DNA of 62,795 nt from a virus (lineage: Duplodnaviria > Caudoviricetes), in IMG/VR virus record IMGVR_UViG_3300025151_000035, positions 1-62,795 of that record. The stretch is one strand, 5' to 3'. The position numbers were made by a program, and so were the translations under genes. This document shows positions 11,501 to 20,128 of this stretch, in pieces; within the stretch, counting starts at the first letter, position 1, and each line of letters begins with the position of its first letter. The notes under the pieces are model-generated. The model saw nothing but the letters and a program-made list of their open reading frames with translations. It had not been told where the DNA came from and searched no databases.

Positions 11501-14500
11501 CATCTCTTTCTCCTGTAGATAGGTCTAAGAAATCTTCAAACTTTACAGATATTTCCTGCTGTTCTCCGGCTTCGTTTGTAAATGTTCCTCCTTGAAGTGC
11601 ATCTGCAAAGTAAGCTGTAAGTGTAGAGTTAAGGTCTGCTGTAAATCGAGCTGTAGTTTCTCCAGCTAACTTAGCTGACATCATTACATCATCTGCAACA
11701 TCTAAATTCTCTACAGTTCTTTGAGCATTTTTAAAACCTCCCCTCTCAATCTTTGCAAAAAGTTCCTCAACACCTTGAAGATCAAAATCTGTATCCAAAG
11801 CTTTATCCAGTTTGAACATAGCTCTGAATGTGTTCCTGATAAAGTTGAAAAGCTTTTTAAAGAAGTTTTCTTCTCTAGGTGTAACTGTGTCTTTACCTAT
11901 CTTATACTTTCCTTTTGAAAGTGCATACCTTCTAAACTCTTCTGCAAGCCACTCCTCTGTCTCCTTATCCGTAAACTCTGAAAGAGGTTTTGATTTAGGC
12001 TTATAAGATCTGTCTTGCTCTCCTTTAGCTATCTCTTGATAAGGTACCGCTTTACCTTTAAGGTTTCGTACAATATCATATATCTTATTTCTATCTTCTT
12101 TTGATAGCATTGTAAGAGATACATCGTGGAAAGCCTCATGGTATAGTGCCCCACCTGGTGCAAGGTTGGATACTAAGATCTTACCATCTCTTCTAAGCAT
12201 GGCATAACCTTCTCCACTCATACCTTTAACCATACCTATAACAGGTATTATTTCAGCAGAGGTCATTCCTTTTACTCGAGCTAACTCTTCTGCAAACTCC
12301 TCTTTTATATAGTCATCTGAGGCAAGCTCATAAGAACTTGAAAGAAAGTTTTCTTCTTCCCCAGGCTTAGGAGCTTCAAACGTATTAGAATCAGGAGAAG
12401 CATCTGTATCAGAGCTAGAGTTTAACCACTCTTCTACGTAACCTTTAACTTCATCTGTAAGATTTCCTTCTTTGTAAAGTTCTTCAAGACGTTTACCTGA
12501 AGCATTCTTATCATCAAGGTATTCAAATACAAGATCTTTAGATGCCATATTTAATGCATCATCTATCTGAGCTTGTTGAGCTTTTGCAGCTTCATCCTTT
12601 ATAGCTTGATCAGCTTTTTCTTCTGGGGATAGTTCTTGATCAGCCCGTTCTCTAGCATTATTCATAACATCCTCCATGGTTTGACCCTGATCTGGATCAG
12701 GCGGTGTTGGAGGCTGTGGAGTAAATCCTTGTTCTTTCAAAGTCTGTAAAGCAGCTCGTGCTCCTGCTTCTGCAGCATCTGCTAATTCTTGCTCCCTTTT
12801 AGTTTTAAAAGTAGTTTTAACTGCAGGCGCTTTAGCTCTTCTCCCCGCTAAAGACTCTCTTCTTTTTTCTGAAGGATCAAATTTGATATATCCACCTAAA
12901 GCTCTAGGAGCATCTAGAGGTCTAAAGTTTACAGTCTTACCATCTCTTGTCTCTTTCATAAAGATAGGAGTAGCTCTTGTCATTAATGGTGACTGCCCTA
13001 TATCTCTATCTCTTAATAAGTACTCGTTATAGTTTCTCCAAGAGACGTTTGTTTTATCTTCATCTACGCCTAAATTTTCATCAAGTACAAGCTCTACCCA
13101 TCCATCGGTTGCTGTACCGAGGCTACCTTTATTTACGTTATGGTATTTTGTAGATAAGAAGTCAGTAAATGCTTTAACTACTTCAGTACCTTCTTCAAAA
13201 TCCTTAAGTTCAATTGTTTGCTCATCAGCTCCAAATACTAAAGATCCTTTATTGTGGTATAGTTGAAAATCTACATTATCCTTTTCCTTCTTAGAAGATT
13301 GGAAGTATATAAGATCTTCAATTGCTTTTTTAAGATTAACCTTTTTACCTTCTACTTCTATAGTAAAGGCTTGAAGGTTTTTCATTGCAGCTTTATAAGC
13401 TTCAGGAGTTTTTTTCTTTTTCTCTTCAGCTATAAACTCTTCACGTTTCTTCAAAAACAGATGTAATAAGCGAGATGCGTTTACAACTTCTTCTTCAGAA
13501 AGGGTTCTTCCCACCATAGGAATAGGCATCTGCCTTGCAGTATCCTGTGCCCATACAAGTCCCGGTCTAGTAGCAACAGTAGTTTTACCTATAGGTAGGC
13601 CTATTGTGCTAGTAAGTCCTTCATTAGATGATCCTATATATAAAGGAACTTTGCTGTATTCGTTTTTACCGTTAAGCTTTCCACTGTTCTGCTCAGGTTC
13701 TTTATTAAGAATAAGCTCCCCAATAGATTTTTCTTTGATAGGGTATAGGAATATCTCTTGATTTTCTTTAGCCTGATCAATAATCTCATTTCTCCAAGAC
13801 TCATGTGCTGCTCGAATATCTTCTCTCTCAGAGTCTTCTAGATTATAATCATTTCTAAACCTCTCCCTACCATCTATGTCTAGTGTAGGAAGCATAGAGT
13901 TAGCAAAGACCAATCCTTTACCTTGCTCATCTTCTACAGTTACAAACTCATTTACGTTTTCAAACTCAGTTTTACCTGTCTTCTTATTATAGGTGCTTTT
14001 TTGATTTTGAAATACTACGAGTTTAATCTCAGAGCTAGGAAGACCCTGCTCTATTTCTTCTGGAGTTCTATAGAAATCTTCTACAGTAAGCATATCCCCT
14101 AACTCTTCTGGGATATTGTTTACAGTTATTGCAGCTACAGAGTGGCTGTAGTAAGTCTTTTTAGTTGTCTTACTGTGATTAACTGCAAGCTTAACAGAGT
14201 CTTTCCAGTTATGGAATCTTAAAACAGATATAGCGTGAGCAAGTCTTCTTTGCTCATCCTCTGTAGGATTGTCTACATCCTTAAGTTCTTTGTAAGTATC
14301 AAGCGCTCCTTCTTTTATACCCTTACTCAGATCCTTTTTATGGTTGGTTACAGTTTTAGAGTACCCGGTATCTTTAATATCAGGCTTCCTTAAAACTTGT
14401 ACTCCTTCTTTAGAGTTAGATGCATCTTCAAAAGAGTAATCATAGTCTTTACTTGGCTTTGTAGGAGAGGATGTATCTTTCTCCACGCCTGTCATAGAAT

Positions 14501-17500
14501 CTATCTTTGCGAATGTGTACAATCGCATATAAGAATCATCTAGCACTGTAGCCGCAGTAGACAAAGCTTTACTTTCAACAGATTCTTTTTCAAATATCTG
14601 TCTATTTCCTCTTTCTTTTAGAGCGTCTATAGCCTCCTGTGTGATCTTAAGCTCTCTGTTTAGAAACTCCCGATCCTTTAAAATCGCATCTTTATTCTGT
14701 TCATACCATTCAGGTATTTCTTCTAAGTTCAGTTCACTAAGTGCAAGATCAGAGGAAAGGTCATAATCTATGTTATCATAGAATAACTTACTTAAAAGGT
14801 TTCTCTTCTTATATAATTCAGCTAAGGCTGCTTTAACTTCTTCTGTAGCAGCATCCATAGCTTTAAAGTGCTCCGTATGGTAGTCTTTAATGCCTTTAAT
14901 TTCCCGCATCATCTCTAGACTGAAAGCAGAAAGGTCATCTTCAATACCCAGTGTAGCCATCATCTGTTCTACACTGCCATGCATTTCTGCTGCGTAAGTG
15001 TCTAGATTAGGGGGTGTTTCTTCAAACTCTTCTATTATAGCTAAAGACTCTAAAAGACTGTCTCTATCCTTAGCAATATCCTGTAAGATGGTCTCACCCT
15101 CTGCAATAGTTCTTTCAATATTATTGATAAGATCTAAAGCGTCTTTATTGGACATGAACTGTCCATTCTTTTTACGTATCCTTTGTCCGGCTTCAAGCTT
15201 ATCTACAAGTTCTGCAAGGTCTCCTAAGTAAGAATCTATAAGAGCCTGTGTTTCCTCTGCCTGCCTTTCAAAGCCTTCAATCTGTCTAAGCGTAACCTTT
15301 TTAGCTTCTGCAATCTTAGACTTGAAATTCTCAATACGTTCTTTTTCTTTTTTCTCTCTTCTCTTTTTAGCAGCCTTCTCCGCCTCTGTAAGATCAGTAT
15401 CCATTGCATTGATCTTCTCCTGAATACTTTGGATAGCCTGTGGACGATATGTAGGATCCATAAGCTGCTTGTACATCTCTACAGCTTTTTGTCTTCTAGC
15501 TCTAAGTTTTCTAAGATCTATAAGATAGGTCTGTACCTGGTCTCCATTTACAGCTACTCCATCTGGATCTGATTCAAACCAAGGCTTTATAATCTCTTCA
15601 AACTCTTGTCCAGAAAGTTTATTGTCTTCACCCACTTCTTTTGCAAGCTCAGATAGCTCAAGCTTTCTATCATACAATTCTTTAAGCTGCTCTTTAACTT
15701 CATCAGTTTGCTCTCCCATTTCAAGAGCATTTATGATAGTTTCCATTTCAGCTATAGCAGCTCTTATAGGTGCGTCTTCATAAAATGCACCTATATCTAC
15801 ACTTCTAGTATTGCCTTCTGCATCAGTGTAATCTATAGTAGATGTTCTATCTTCTCTTTCAGCTTTACCCTCTTTATCTACAGACCATGCAGTACTGGAT
15901 ACTTTACCTCCTGTAAGTCTAGCTACTTCTTTTATTAGAGCTTCTTCTCTCTCTTGAACATTATCCATTACAGATAAGCTATGGATAAGCTGCTTACGCA
16001 AATACCCCATAGAGCCTACTTTTTCTGACTCAAGTACCTTTTGCTTATCATCAAGTCTAAGATGCTCATCAACTTTTTCTACAGCTTCTTTTATCTTAGC
16101 AGCTCTTTTTCTAGTAGCCTCTACTACTTCAGACTTACGAGTATTTATTTCTGCAGACGGTAAGCTTTCTTCTGTATACCCTCCAAGTTCTCTGAACTCT
16201 GCCTCTGACATTTCAAGAATGTCCTGAGTTTGAGATTCGATATCCTCGTATTGACCTGTCATGATCTTAGCCATGACAAAATCAAAGAAATTATCATGCT
16301 CAAGATCTTTTACCAATGAAAGATCACCTCCTTCATAAGCACTATCTAAAAGCTCACTTCGTTTAGCTACGTTCATGAAAAAACTTCCATGTTGGCGTAG
16401 AGAGTTCATAACCTCCGGGTGATCTTTTTGAAGCTGTTCAAGTTTATTTATATACTCTCTTCTAAATTTAGTGTCCTTATATGCTTCTACAGCGGTCATA
16501 TTAACACCAGGTACACCTAGTCCACCTAGCATAGCACCTATAACGACTTCTTTAAGTCCTTCTGTAGTAGTGTAAGACTGTTCTGCACCGTACATAAAAG
16601 AGTCATATACAGAGTCGAATAGGTCATTCATACCTGCATCTTCTCTGATACCGGATAGAAGAGCGTAGTCTGCAGAAGCTCTACCCATTGCTCCTTGAAG
16701 ACCTTCTTCTACAAATCCTTCGTATCCTGCAGTTCCTAAAGTAGATCCTACTACTCTAGCTGCATCTCCTATCTTTTTACCGCTTTCGGTACGTGCTGCA
16801 TCTCCTACCTTCTTAGCAAGTCTACCTGCAGCAGTATCACTGAGGTATTCTTTAGCAGCATTTTTAATGGTCTTTTGAGTTTGCCCTGCGTACTTTAAAG
16901 TACTGTTTACACCAGGCAGATTTCGTATTATATCTTTTGCTCCCTGACCATAAAGCTTAGGTATCATAAGCATGTTACTCATACCTACTAAAGCAAAGTT
17001 ACCTGCAAATACACCGTTAGATATAGTAGTAGACTCGTTCTCTATCTTTTGTCTTTCGTCTGTAGTAAGAGCTTCAAGCTTTTCATCTTCAGACATTACA
17101 GACCAGTCCAGTCCCTTATTTTCTAAAGCTACTTTAACAAGGTTTTCTTTTATAGTGTCGTAAGAATGTCTGGCTTCTACACCTGACTCATAACTTGCAC
17201 CGGTTGCCAGCTGTCGAATGAGCCTACTTCCTTGAAGTATATCTTTTCTATTCATAAACTCTGCACCTCTACCGATAACTCCTTCTATTCTATTTGCTCT
17301 AGAAGAGTTTTTAAGGAGTCTTGTAGCTTGCTGCATACGAGCAAATGTTGCTCCTAGTGTAGCACTTCCTACACCTGCTGTAAGCATTTCGGTCAGTACA
17401 GCTCCTGCTACGAAGCTCATACCGTTCATTACCTGGTCAGACCAGAAGTTTGCAGTACCCATCTGGTCCCACAATCCTTTATTTCTTTCTTGTACTGTAT

Positions 17501-17984
17501 AATGGTTAGGTAGAGTTTCATCCATATACTTATTGATGTCGTCTATACCTCTTGCAAACTCATTATTATAGAACGAGTTAAACTCACCATCTCTAATACC
17601 TGAGTAGATTCCATACCCTAGACCTATAGTACTACCTACAACGTTAGTAAGGGTTTTACCTCCGAACTTTAATAGACCGTTACCCCACTTATCTGCAACT
17701 GTTTGAGTGTATCCTCTAAACTCTTGTAGATTTTGAGCTTGTTCAATATTAGCAACTTCAAAATCTTGCTTATACTTTCCAAACTCTGGATCTATATATT
17801 CACCTACAGCTTGTACTTCAGCAGTTGGAGTAGCCTCTTGTATAAGACCTAAAGCACTTACACCTGAAGAAATAGCATCTATTTCTGCTTGGAGCTCTTC
17901 TTGACTAAGTGATGGTACTATAGGGTCAGTTTCAGGAGTTAGATCAGTTTCTAACCCTTCTACGATTTCATCTTCTTCATCCAT
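5547..17984 (-). CDS. giant virion-packaged DNA-dependent RNA polymerase (crAss-like vRNAP) with zincin-like domain
   Basis: 4145 aa; RIPTDGIHSI...GSDFDIDKL catalytic motif (about 7923-8060) typical of crAss-like two-barrel RNAPs; LYHEAFH...EEWLAEEF zincin motif (about 11935-12145); Gly-rich hydrophobic N-terminal part. Confidence 0.92.
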   Translation of the reverse strand: MDEEDEIVEGLETDLTPETDPIVPSLSQEELQAEIDAISSGVSALGLIQEATPTAEVQAVGEYIDPEFGKYKQDFEVANIEQAQNLQEFRGYTQTVADKWGNGLLKFGGKTLTNVVGSTIGLGYGIYSGIRDGEFNSFYNNEFARGIDDINKYMDETLPNHYTVQERNKGLWDQMGTANFWSDQVMNGMSFVAGAVLTEMLTAGVGSATLGATFARMQQATRLLKNSSRANRIEGVIGRGAEFMNRKDILQGSRLIRQLATGASYESGVEARHSYDTIKENLVKVALENKGLDWSVMSEDEKLEALTTDERQKIENESTTISNGVFAGNFALVGMSNMLMIPKLYGQGAKDIIRNLPGVNSTLKYAGQTQKTIKNAAKEYLSDTAAGRLAKKVGDAARTESGKKIGDAARVVGSTLGTAGYEGFVEEGLQGAMGRASADYALLSGIREDAGMNDLFDSVYDSFMYGAEQSYTTTEGLKEVVIGAMLGGLGVPGVNMTAVEAYKDTKFRREYINKLEQLQKDHPEVMNSLRQHGSFFMNVAKRSELLDSAYEGGDLSLVKDLEHDNFFDFVMAKIMTGQYEDIESQTQDILEMSEAEFRELGGYTEESLPSAEINTRKSEVVEATRKRAAKIKEAVEKVDEHLRLDDKQKVLESEKVGSMGYLRKQLIHSLSVMDNVQEREEALIKEVARLTGGKVSSTAWSVDKEGKAEREDRTSTIDYTDAEGNTRSVDIGAFYEDAPIRAAIAEMETIINALEMGEQTDEVKEQLKELYDRKLELSELAKEVGEDNKLSGQEFEEIIKPWFESDPDGVAVNGDQVQTYLIDLRKLRARRQKAVEMYKQLMDPTYRPQAIQSIQEKINAMDTDLTEAEKAAKKRREKKEKERIENFKSKIAEAKKVTLRQIEGFERQAEETQALIDSYLGDLAELVDKLEAGQRIRKKNGQFMSNKDALDLINNIERTIAEGETILQDIAKDRDSLLESLAIIEEFEETPPNLDTYAAEMHGSVEQMMATLGIEDDLSAFSLEMMREIKGIKDYHTEHFKAMDAATEEVKAALAELYKKRNLLSKLFYDNIDYDLSSDLALSELNLEEIPEWYEQNKDAILKDREFLNRELKITQEAIDALKERGNRQIFEKESVESKALSTAATVLDDSYMRLYTFAKIDSMTGVEKDTSSPTKPSKDYDYSFEDASNSKEGVQVLRKPDIKDTGYSKTVTNHKKDLSKGIKEGALDTYKELKDVDNPTEDEQRRLAHAISVLRFHNWKDSVKLAVNHSKTTKKTYYSHSVAAITVNNIPEELGDMLTVEDFYRTPEEIEQGLPSSEIKLVVFQNQKSTYNKKTGKTEFENVNEFVTVEDEQGKGLVFANSMLPTLDIDGRERFRNDYNLEDSEREDIRAAHESWRNEIIDQAKENQEIFLYPIKEKSIGELILNKEPEQNSGKLNGKNEYSKVPLYIGSSNEGLTSTIGLPIGKTTVATRPGLVWAQDTARQMPIPMVGRTLSEEEVVNASRLLHLFLKKREEFIAEEKKKKTPEAYKAAMKNLQAFTIEVEGKKVNLKKAIEDLIYFQSSKKEKDNVDFQLYHNKGSLVFGADEQTIELKDFEEGTEVVKAFTDFLSTKYHNVNKGSLGTATDGWVELVLDENLGVDEDKTNVSWRNYNEYLLRDRDIGQSPLMTRATPIFMKETRDGKTVNFRPLDAPRALGGYIKFDPSEKRRESLAGRRAKAPAVKTTFKTKREQELADAAEAGARAALQTLKEQGFTPQPPTPPDPDQGQTMEDVMNNARERADQELSPEEKADQAIKDEAAKAQQAQIDDALNMASKDLVFEYLDDKNASGKRLEELYKEGNLTDEVKGYVEEWLNSSSDTDASPDSNTFEAPKPGEEENFLSSSYELASDDYIKEEFAEELARVKGMTSAEIIPVIGMVKGMSGEGYAMLRRDGKILVSNLAPGGALYHEAFHDVSLTMLSKEDRNKIYDIVRNLKGKAVPYQEIAKGEQDRSYKPKSKPLSEFTDKETEEWLAEEFRRYALSKGKYKIGKDTVTPREENFFKKLFNFIRNTFRAMFKLDKALDTDFDLQGVEELFAKIERGGFKNAQRTVENLDVADDVMMSAKLAGETTARFTADLNSTLTAYFADALQGGTFTNEAGEQQEISVKFEDFLDLSTGERDAQIRMAYFNAWTNMYNDLLAKYNSAKEGSEEQAQTLATLKYLYGDEAGGRQKRLEAVQLHKQFLSELGLDFEIEDTRDEDEVSSRMFADVSDRMEMSPTDSAKGIVKLLLGTIPINTGETNSTGLRGVYELKTVLKTLQTNLEGTLDFETQLEIIDGISEDYEWAPQVLERLGDYEMDGGTAIETVLLHTAVRSQFAKTMYDTQYTILQENGRIGNIDPSLERNLKSIRARWDSFLRSKEKTSAHMTMSPEGSIVFDNKAKANFNREKLTLEEIRDKVILKGYGMKLDALEHIGITFSNREKLEEILEIDPERTLKNSEMTYKEVLEDGLAFVYGDLIKGTTNLAALFDREEAQSVTRMNALAKLELETTKMDYEFQHQNPEGKIVYSISLNNYLTTIANTGMDKLRGVYYSSPKNLSKNPYAFSSLTLKALQENENKNIDIIIREGLTIEGVGETGVKTSKLRPTDNLVSYVESIMQGIMPLLQAADISTNFAIRFPIQDFKTIDSAKEAFLGYLMDEIMAVNKGRKEGIDVDYFTERINRPGLGSLRMFESLMSKVDTSIIDRMTEIMNDPKAGRIDVQKFVNENSDQIFESIDANLRVNMRTLKDYMLDLKVIHDNEDGTYQVLGLNREHFSKELPDNINSEQLDAFLEEVITKQTVYKNETFKVFFGDPAFYKALFKRIKGAAGVKDIFSVDPQLDKWLNESENARAKYDGRKSDGTEDLAVIQEPQRVTPYYNEYLETLSPEIAAAYRRAADKADGTLLLTLPSYREMAIRGNTWSVEQERAYENAMRGDVLTEEEYGKFPPLKFQYFGYLPNGNVDTQVPGFFKMSAAPIYPGLAKMGNETFPGILNMYDFLTSNKLGGLILPSAFKIGVPGDAGQLQLMDGDVIRSSEDLTASFSEGQKVNIDYTFMGTQLEVPSKFKGKSPLATQARVQVLSDLFEDGQLREEFRELAPTVERYNEVLNALIDRGYKELLDELNLEESIDDQGIRTYTVKNQDYSKFLEAIKDESIRRQMPMQLMASLDKLQERNDAKKPMYFDAVSNKGRLEGVLWSLAGKRVIRQKFDGDMYVQQSSLGFETAKIEDVPGVRLKELKPYTVGDQYMEVYLPHHFKEMVDKDVVITQEGIFADGELIGGLDLVEMIGIRIPTDGIHSIEAIKVKGFLPRSAGPTVVIPSEMVTKSGSDFDIDKLVLYFPSYKKVGNRLVKEKFYPTLEEWYNAQDRVTPEELEQLKGDSLTQALVYNFAKSVGKQPFEDWKKDNPEATVYNVQSRGAMQNAVMEDMIALLQAKGVTNEEAKQERFDTWMQPVNTSDAENVAEKITDLYKGTDKLPDLSGITDYNLNTDIPYLIKVSEAFNKGKTLVGIAALASTHNIKGQMAGLRLNAKDMSIQLPGRLAKVRLNFEGFDPLAESYSLGRTMNINNTMRISDAISQLVNASVDVVNTPILHILNINPDNANMWMFLIRAGVDMETIAMFANQPIVKDYLSKLEVGRSRTMKVMEKSEYEEEIAKSLRKKYATSYKVPETESGVRAFNSDILAETVAQDVNDLTEKQKFEQLQILTDMMVYSKIGDDLGNIVTAQSFDTKVPKNRNHLRVVLDMYESAVSTDLFENVERISGMNIPGSVAAEELSETDESEPANFMKAMTSYNFSMQTVFNEMFLTEKAGEQYRDDFRRVQKIFTNPKIKGLSVDDRARILSKFEDGFISFILQNAYKEGMIPLGNNIETLMFGDDSMANRLQKIQDPKGDHPLRDNPFILSLVPVLSASREGQDRTNDYLQPVSRTMTSYEMRTIFDGFNDIRATDPDLARAFVQTALLQSGVGSSPVSFLNTIPGDFVLEYMEDYLDSYLNGSSQLNIEGSYFDKFFMDNHNDRQIVPKDNSFSQKLYPFTYKITKESLQARKAARKAGLPLPKVQKYFYRNFKADRSGGAANSMQSVSIPVTGSRTFVNMTDTIRIPRNEMLDKNRISPDNNEGDVDITCYTA

Positions 17985-17988
17985 ATTG

Positions 17989-17996
17989 TAAAGATA
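17989..17996 (-). promoter_or_regulatory. possible Bacteroidota -7 promoter variant (TATCTTTA) before the vRNAP gene
   Basis: One mismatch to TAnnTTTG; 4 nt upstream of the ATG, the same spacing as at the scaffold gene. Confidence 0.35.
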
Positions 17997-18001
17997 GAGT
18001 A

Positions 18002-20122
18002 TTAAGGATTTTGGTATGCATCTTTAGAGTCAATTTGATCATGCCAAACTTGACTTCCAGGTATTCTACTGTTTAAGAAGGTTTTCATTGCTCCCTCAGT
18101 AATAGCATTGATGTAATTACCTGCTCCAGGAGTAGAACTTATCAATGTTCCGTCTGGAGCTCTTACAATTAAAGAGATATCTGATACATACGATAGCTTA
18201 CCATTTTTATCTCTCTGAGGTAAAATATCTTCTTTAAGGTATCTTATGTTTCCATCTGCAGATACTGTAGGAATAGGCACTTCTACTCCTCTATAATTTC
18301 CTTGCTGAATAGCTACCAGTCTAGATGCAGGTTCAAAGAACTGTCTGTTATTTATTGCAGACTCTACAAAAATACTTCTAGATCCCGGCTTATCATTTCT
18401 AGTAACAATCATTTCATACGCACCAGGATGTTTAGGGTCAAAAGAAGTTCCTCTGATCTGTATCTTATAAGGAGTATCTGTAAAATCTTTTGCCCCCTCT
18501 GCAGCATTTTCAATAGCTTTTATAAGATCTATTTTATTTTCTACAGCATCACTTTCAGTTTTAAAGAAAAAATAGTCTGCTAAAGTATCTGACCACTGAT
18601 CAATATTTACAGGGGCTCCACCACGAACTTCCGGATCGTACAATTTTGTATCTGCAGAAATAATATCTTCTGTCATCAAAGAGGCTATAGCTTCTCTTCC
18701 TGCAGTAGGTATACCTCTGATCTTTCTAACTTGATGCGTTCCCTGCGTAAACATTTTTTCTAAAGCTTCTATATGCTCTGCATCTGTAGCATTAGGATCT
18801 CTTATATCTTGATATTTTTCAAGCATATAGACATATCTACCGTAGTCATCATCTATATCTAAAGGATTTGTGCTTGTACTAGGCTGTCCTGTAACTGGAT
18901 CTAATACTTGAACTTGTGCCAACTGCTCCATAGCTCTTGCAAGTGCAGTTGCTCTATCTACATCTAAAGTGGCGCTTATTGTATTTCCAAGAAGCTGTTT
19001 ATCCTTATAACTTAATTCCTCATATACAGGATTAGGCATAGATGTATTACTTCTTAAACTACCATCCTTATTAAAAGCTTTGCTTTTTCCTTGACTAATA
19101 TTCTTTCTAGCCTTATCCCATCGAGTTTTAGTTTCATTCAAATCTACTCCTGGGCTGTAAGGAGTATATACTAAAGTTTTGTCAGTTGACGGGTCAGTAG
19201 TTTTAACTACAGGATCTCTAGGTATAGAAGTTAAAGTTTGAGTCATACCTATTTGAGTCTGACCTGCAAGTCTAAGATCTTCTATAAGAGCTGTCCTTAT
19301 CTGTTCAGGTGTAAACAATTGACTTGTAGCCCTATTTATAGTTCTACTAAGATCCTTTTGGCGTTGTAAGCCCTCGTCAGTTCCTTCATATAATCCTACA
19401 AGCTGTTCTGCAAGTCCAAATACTTTTTCATCACTTAGCCATTGTCCTGACATAAGAAACTTTTCAGCTTTATCCTTTGGTAAGCCTGGATATACTTTTT
19501 CAAGTAACTGTATTGCTCTAGGATCTTTAGCAATATTTTTCATTATCTCATAAGCCTTTGCTTGATGATCTAATACTTGCTCAGAGTTTCCTAGGTATGC
19601 ACCTTGAACTCCTGAATCCCAAGAGTTCCTTAGATCTTTCATAATAATGTTACCTTCCGAATCATACTGAGCAATTCCTCTTACAGGGTCATCTGTAGGC
19701 TGGCCAGTTTCAGGATCTATAAGATCTGGTACAATATTGTAATCTTTATACTTGCTAGGATTAGCTGCTATAAGCTGCTTTTCCTTTTTCATAGTTTGAA
19801 AAGATTCTACAGCATTTTTAACATTATTATCAGTCATAAACCTTGTAAGAGAATCTGATACTGCAAAGTTTGCAAGATCATATCTACCTGTTTCGAGAAC
19901 GCCTTGCATAGTATTCTCTATATCATTTTCTAAAGTATTGATATACTTTGAGTCTACGTCTGTAGTTTCTAGAGCTCCAATAGTTCTCTTAAGAGTATCG
20001 TACTCTGCTTTATTCTGATTAAACTCTTGCCGGGTTCTATCAGCTAACTCCTCTCTACGACCCGTAGCAAAGTTTGACTCGTACGGAGTAAAATCAAATG
20101 TACTGTAGTTTTCTTGTGCCAT
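18002..20122 (-). CDS. putative ejected cargo/internal virion protein
   Basis: 706 aa with a helical N-terminus; lies between the muzzle-adjacent cargo gene and the vRNAP in crAss-like synteny. Confidence 0.65.
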   Translation of the reverse strand: MAQENYSTFDFTPYESNFATGRREELADRTRQEFNQNKAEYDTLKRTIGALETTDVDSKYINTLENDIENTMQGVLETGRYDLANFAVSDSLTRFMTDNNVKNAVESFQTMKKEKQLIAANPSKYKDYNIVPDLIDPETGQPTDDPVRGIAQYDSEGNIIMKDLRNSWDSGVQGAYLGNSEQVLDHQAKAYEIMKNIAKDPRAIQLLEKVYPGLPKDKAEKFLMSGQWLSDEKVFGLAEQLVGLYEGTDEGLQRQKDLSRTINRATSQLFTPEQIRTALIEDLRLAGQTQIGMTQTLTSIPRDPVVKTTDPSTDKTLVYTPYSPGVDLNETKTRWDKARKNISQGKSKAFNKDGSLRSNTSMPNPVYEELSYKDKQLLGNTISATLDVDRATALARAMEQLAQVQVLDPVTGQPSTSTNPLDIDDDYGRYVYMLEKYQDIRDPNATDAEHIEALEKMFTQGTHQVRKIRGIPTAGREAIASLMTEDIISADTKLYDPEVRGGAPVNIDQWSDTLADYFFFKTESDAVENKIDLIKAIENAAEGAKDFTDTPYKIQIRGTSFDPKHPGAYEMIVTRNDKPGSRSIFVESAINNRQFFEPASRLVAIQQGNYRGVEVPIPTVSADGNIRYLKEDILPQRDKNGKLSYVSDISLIVRAPDGTLISSTPGAGNYINAITEGAMKTFLNSRIPGSQVWHDQIDSKDAYQNP

Positions 20123-20128
20123 AGTTAT

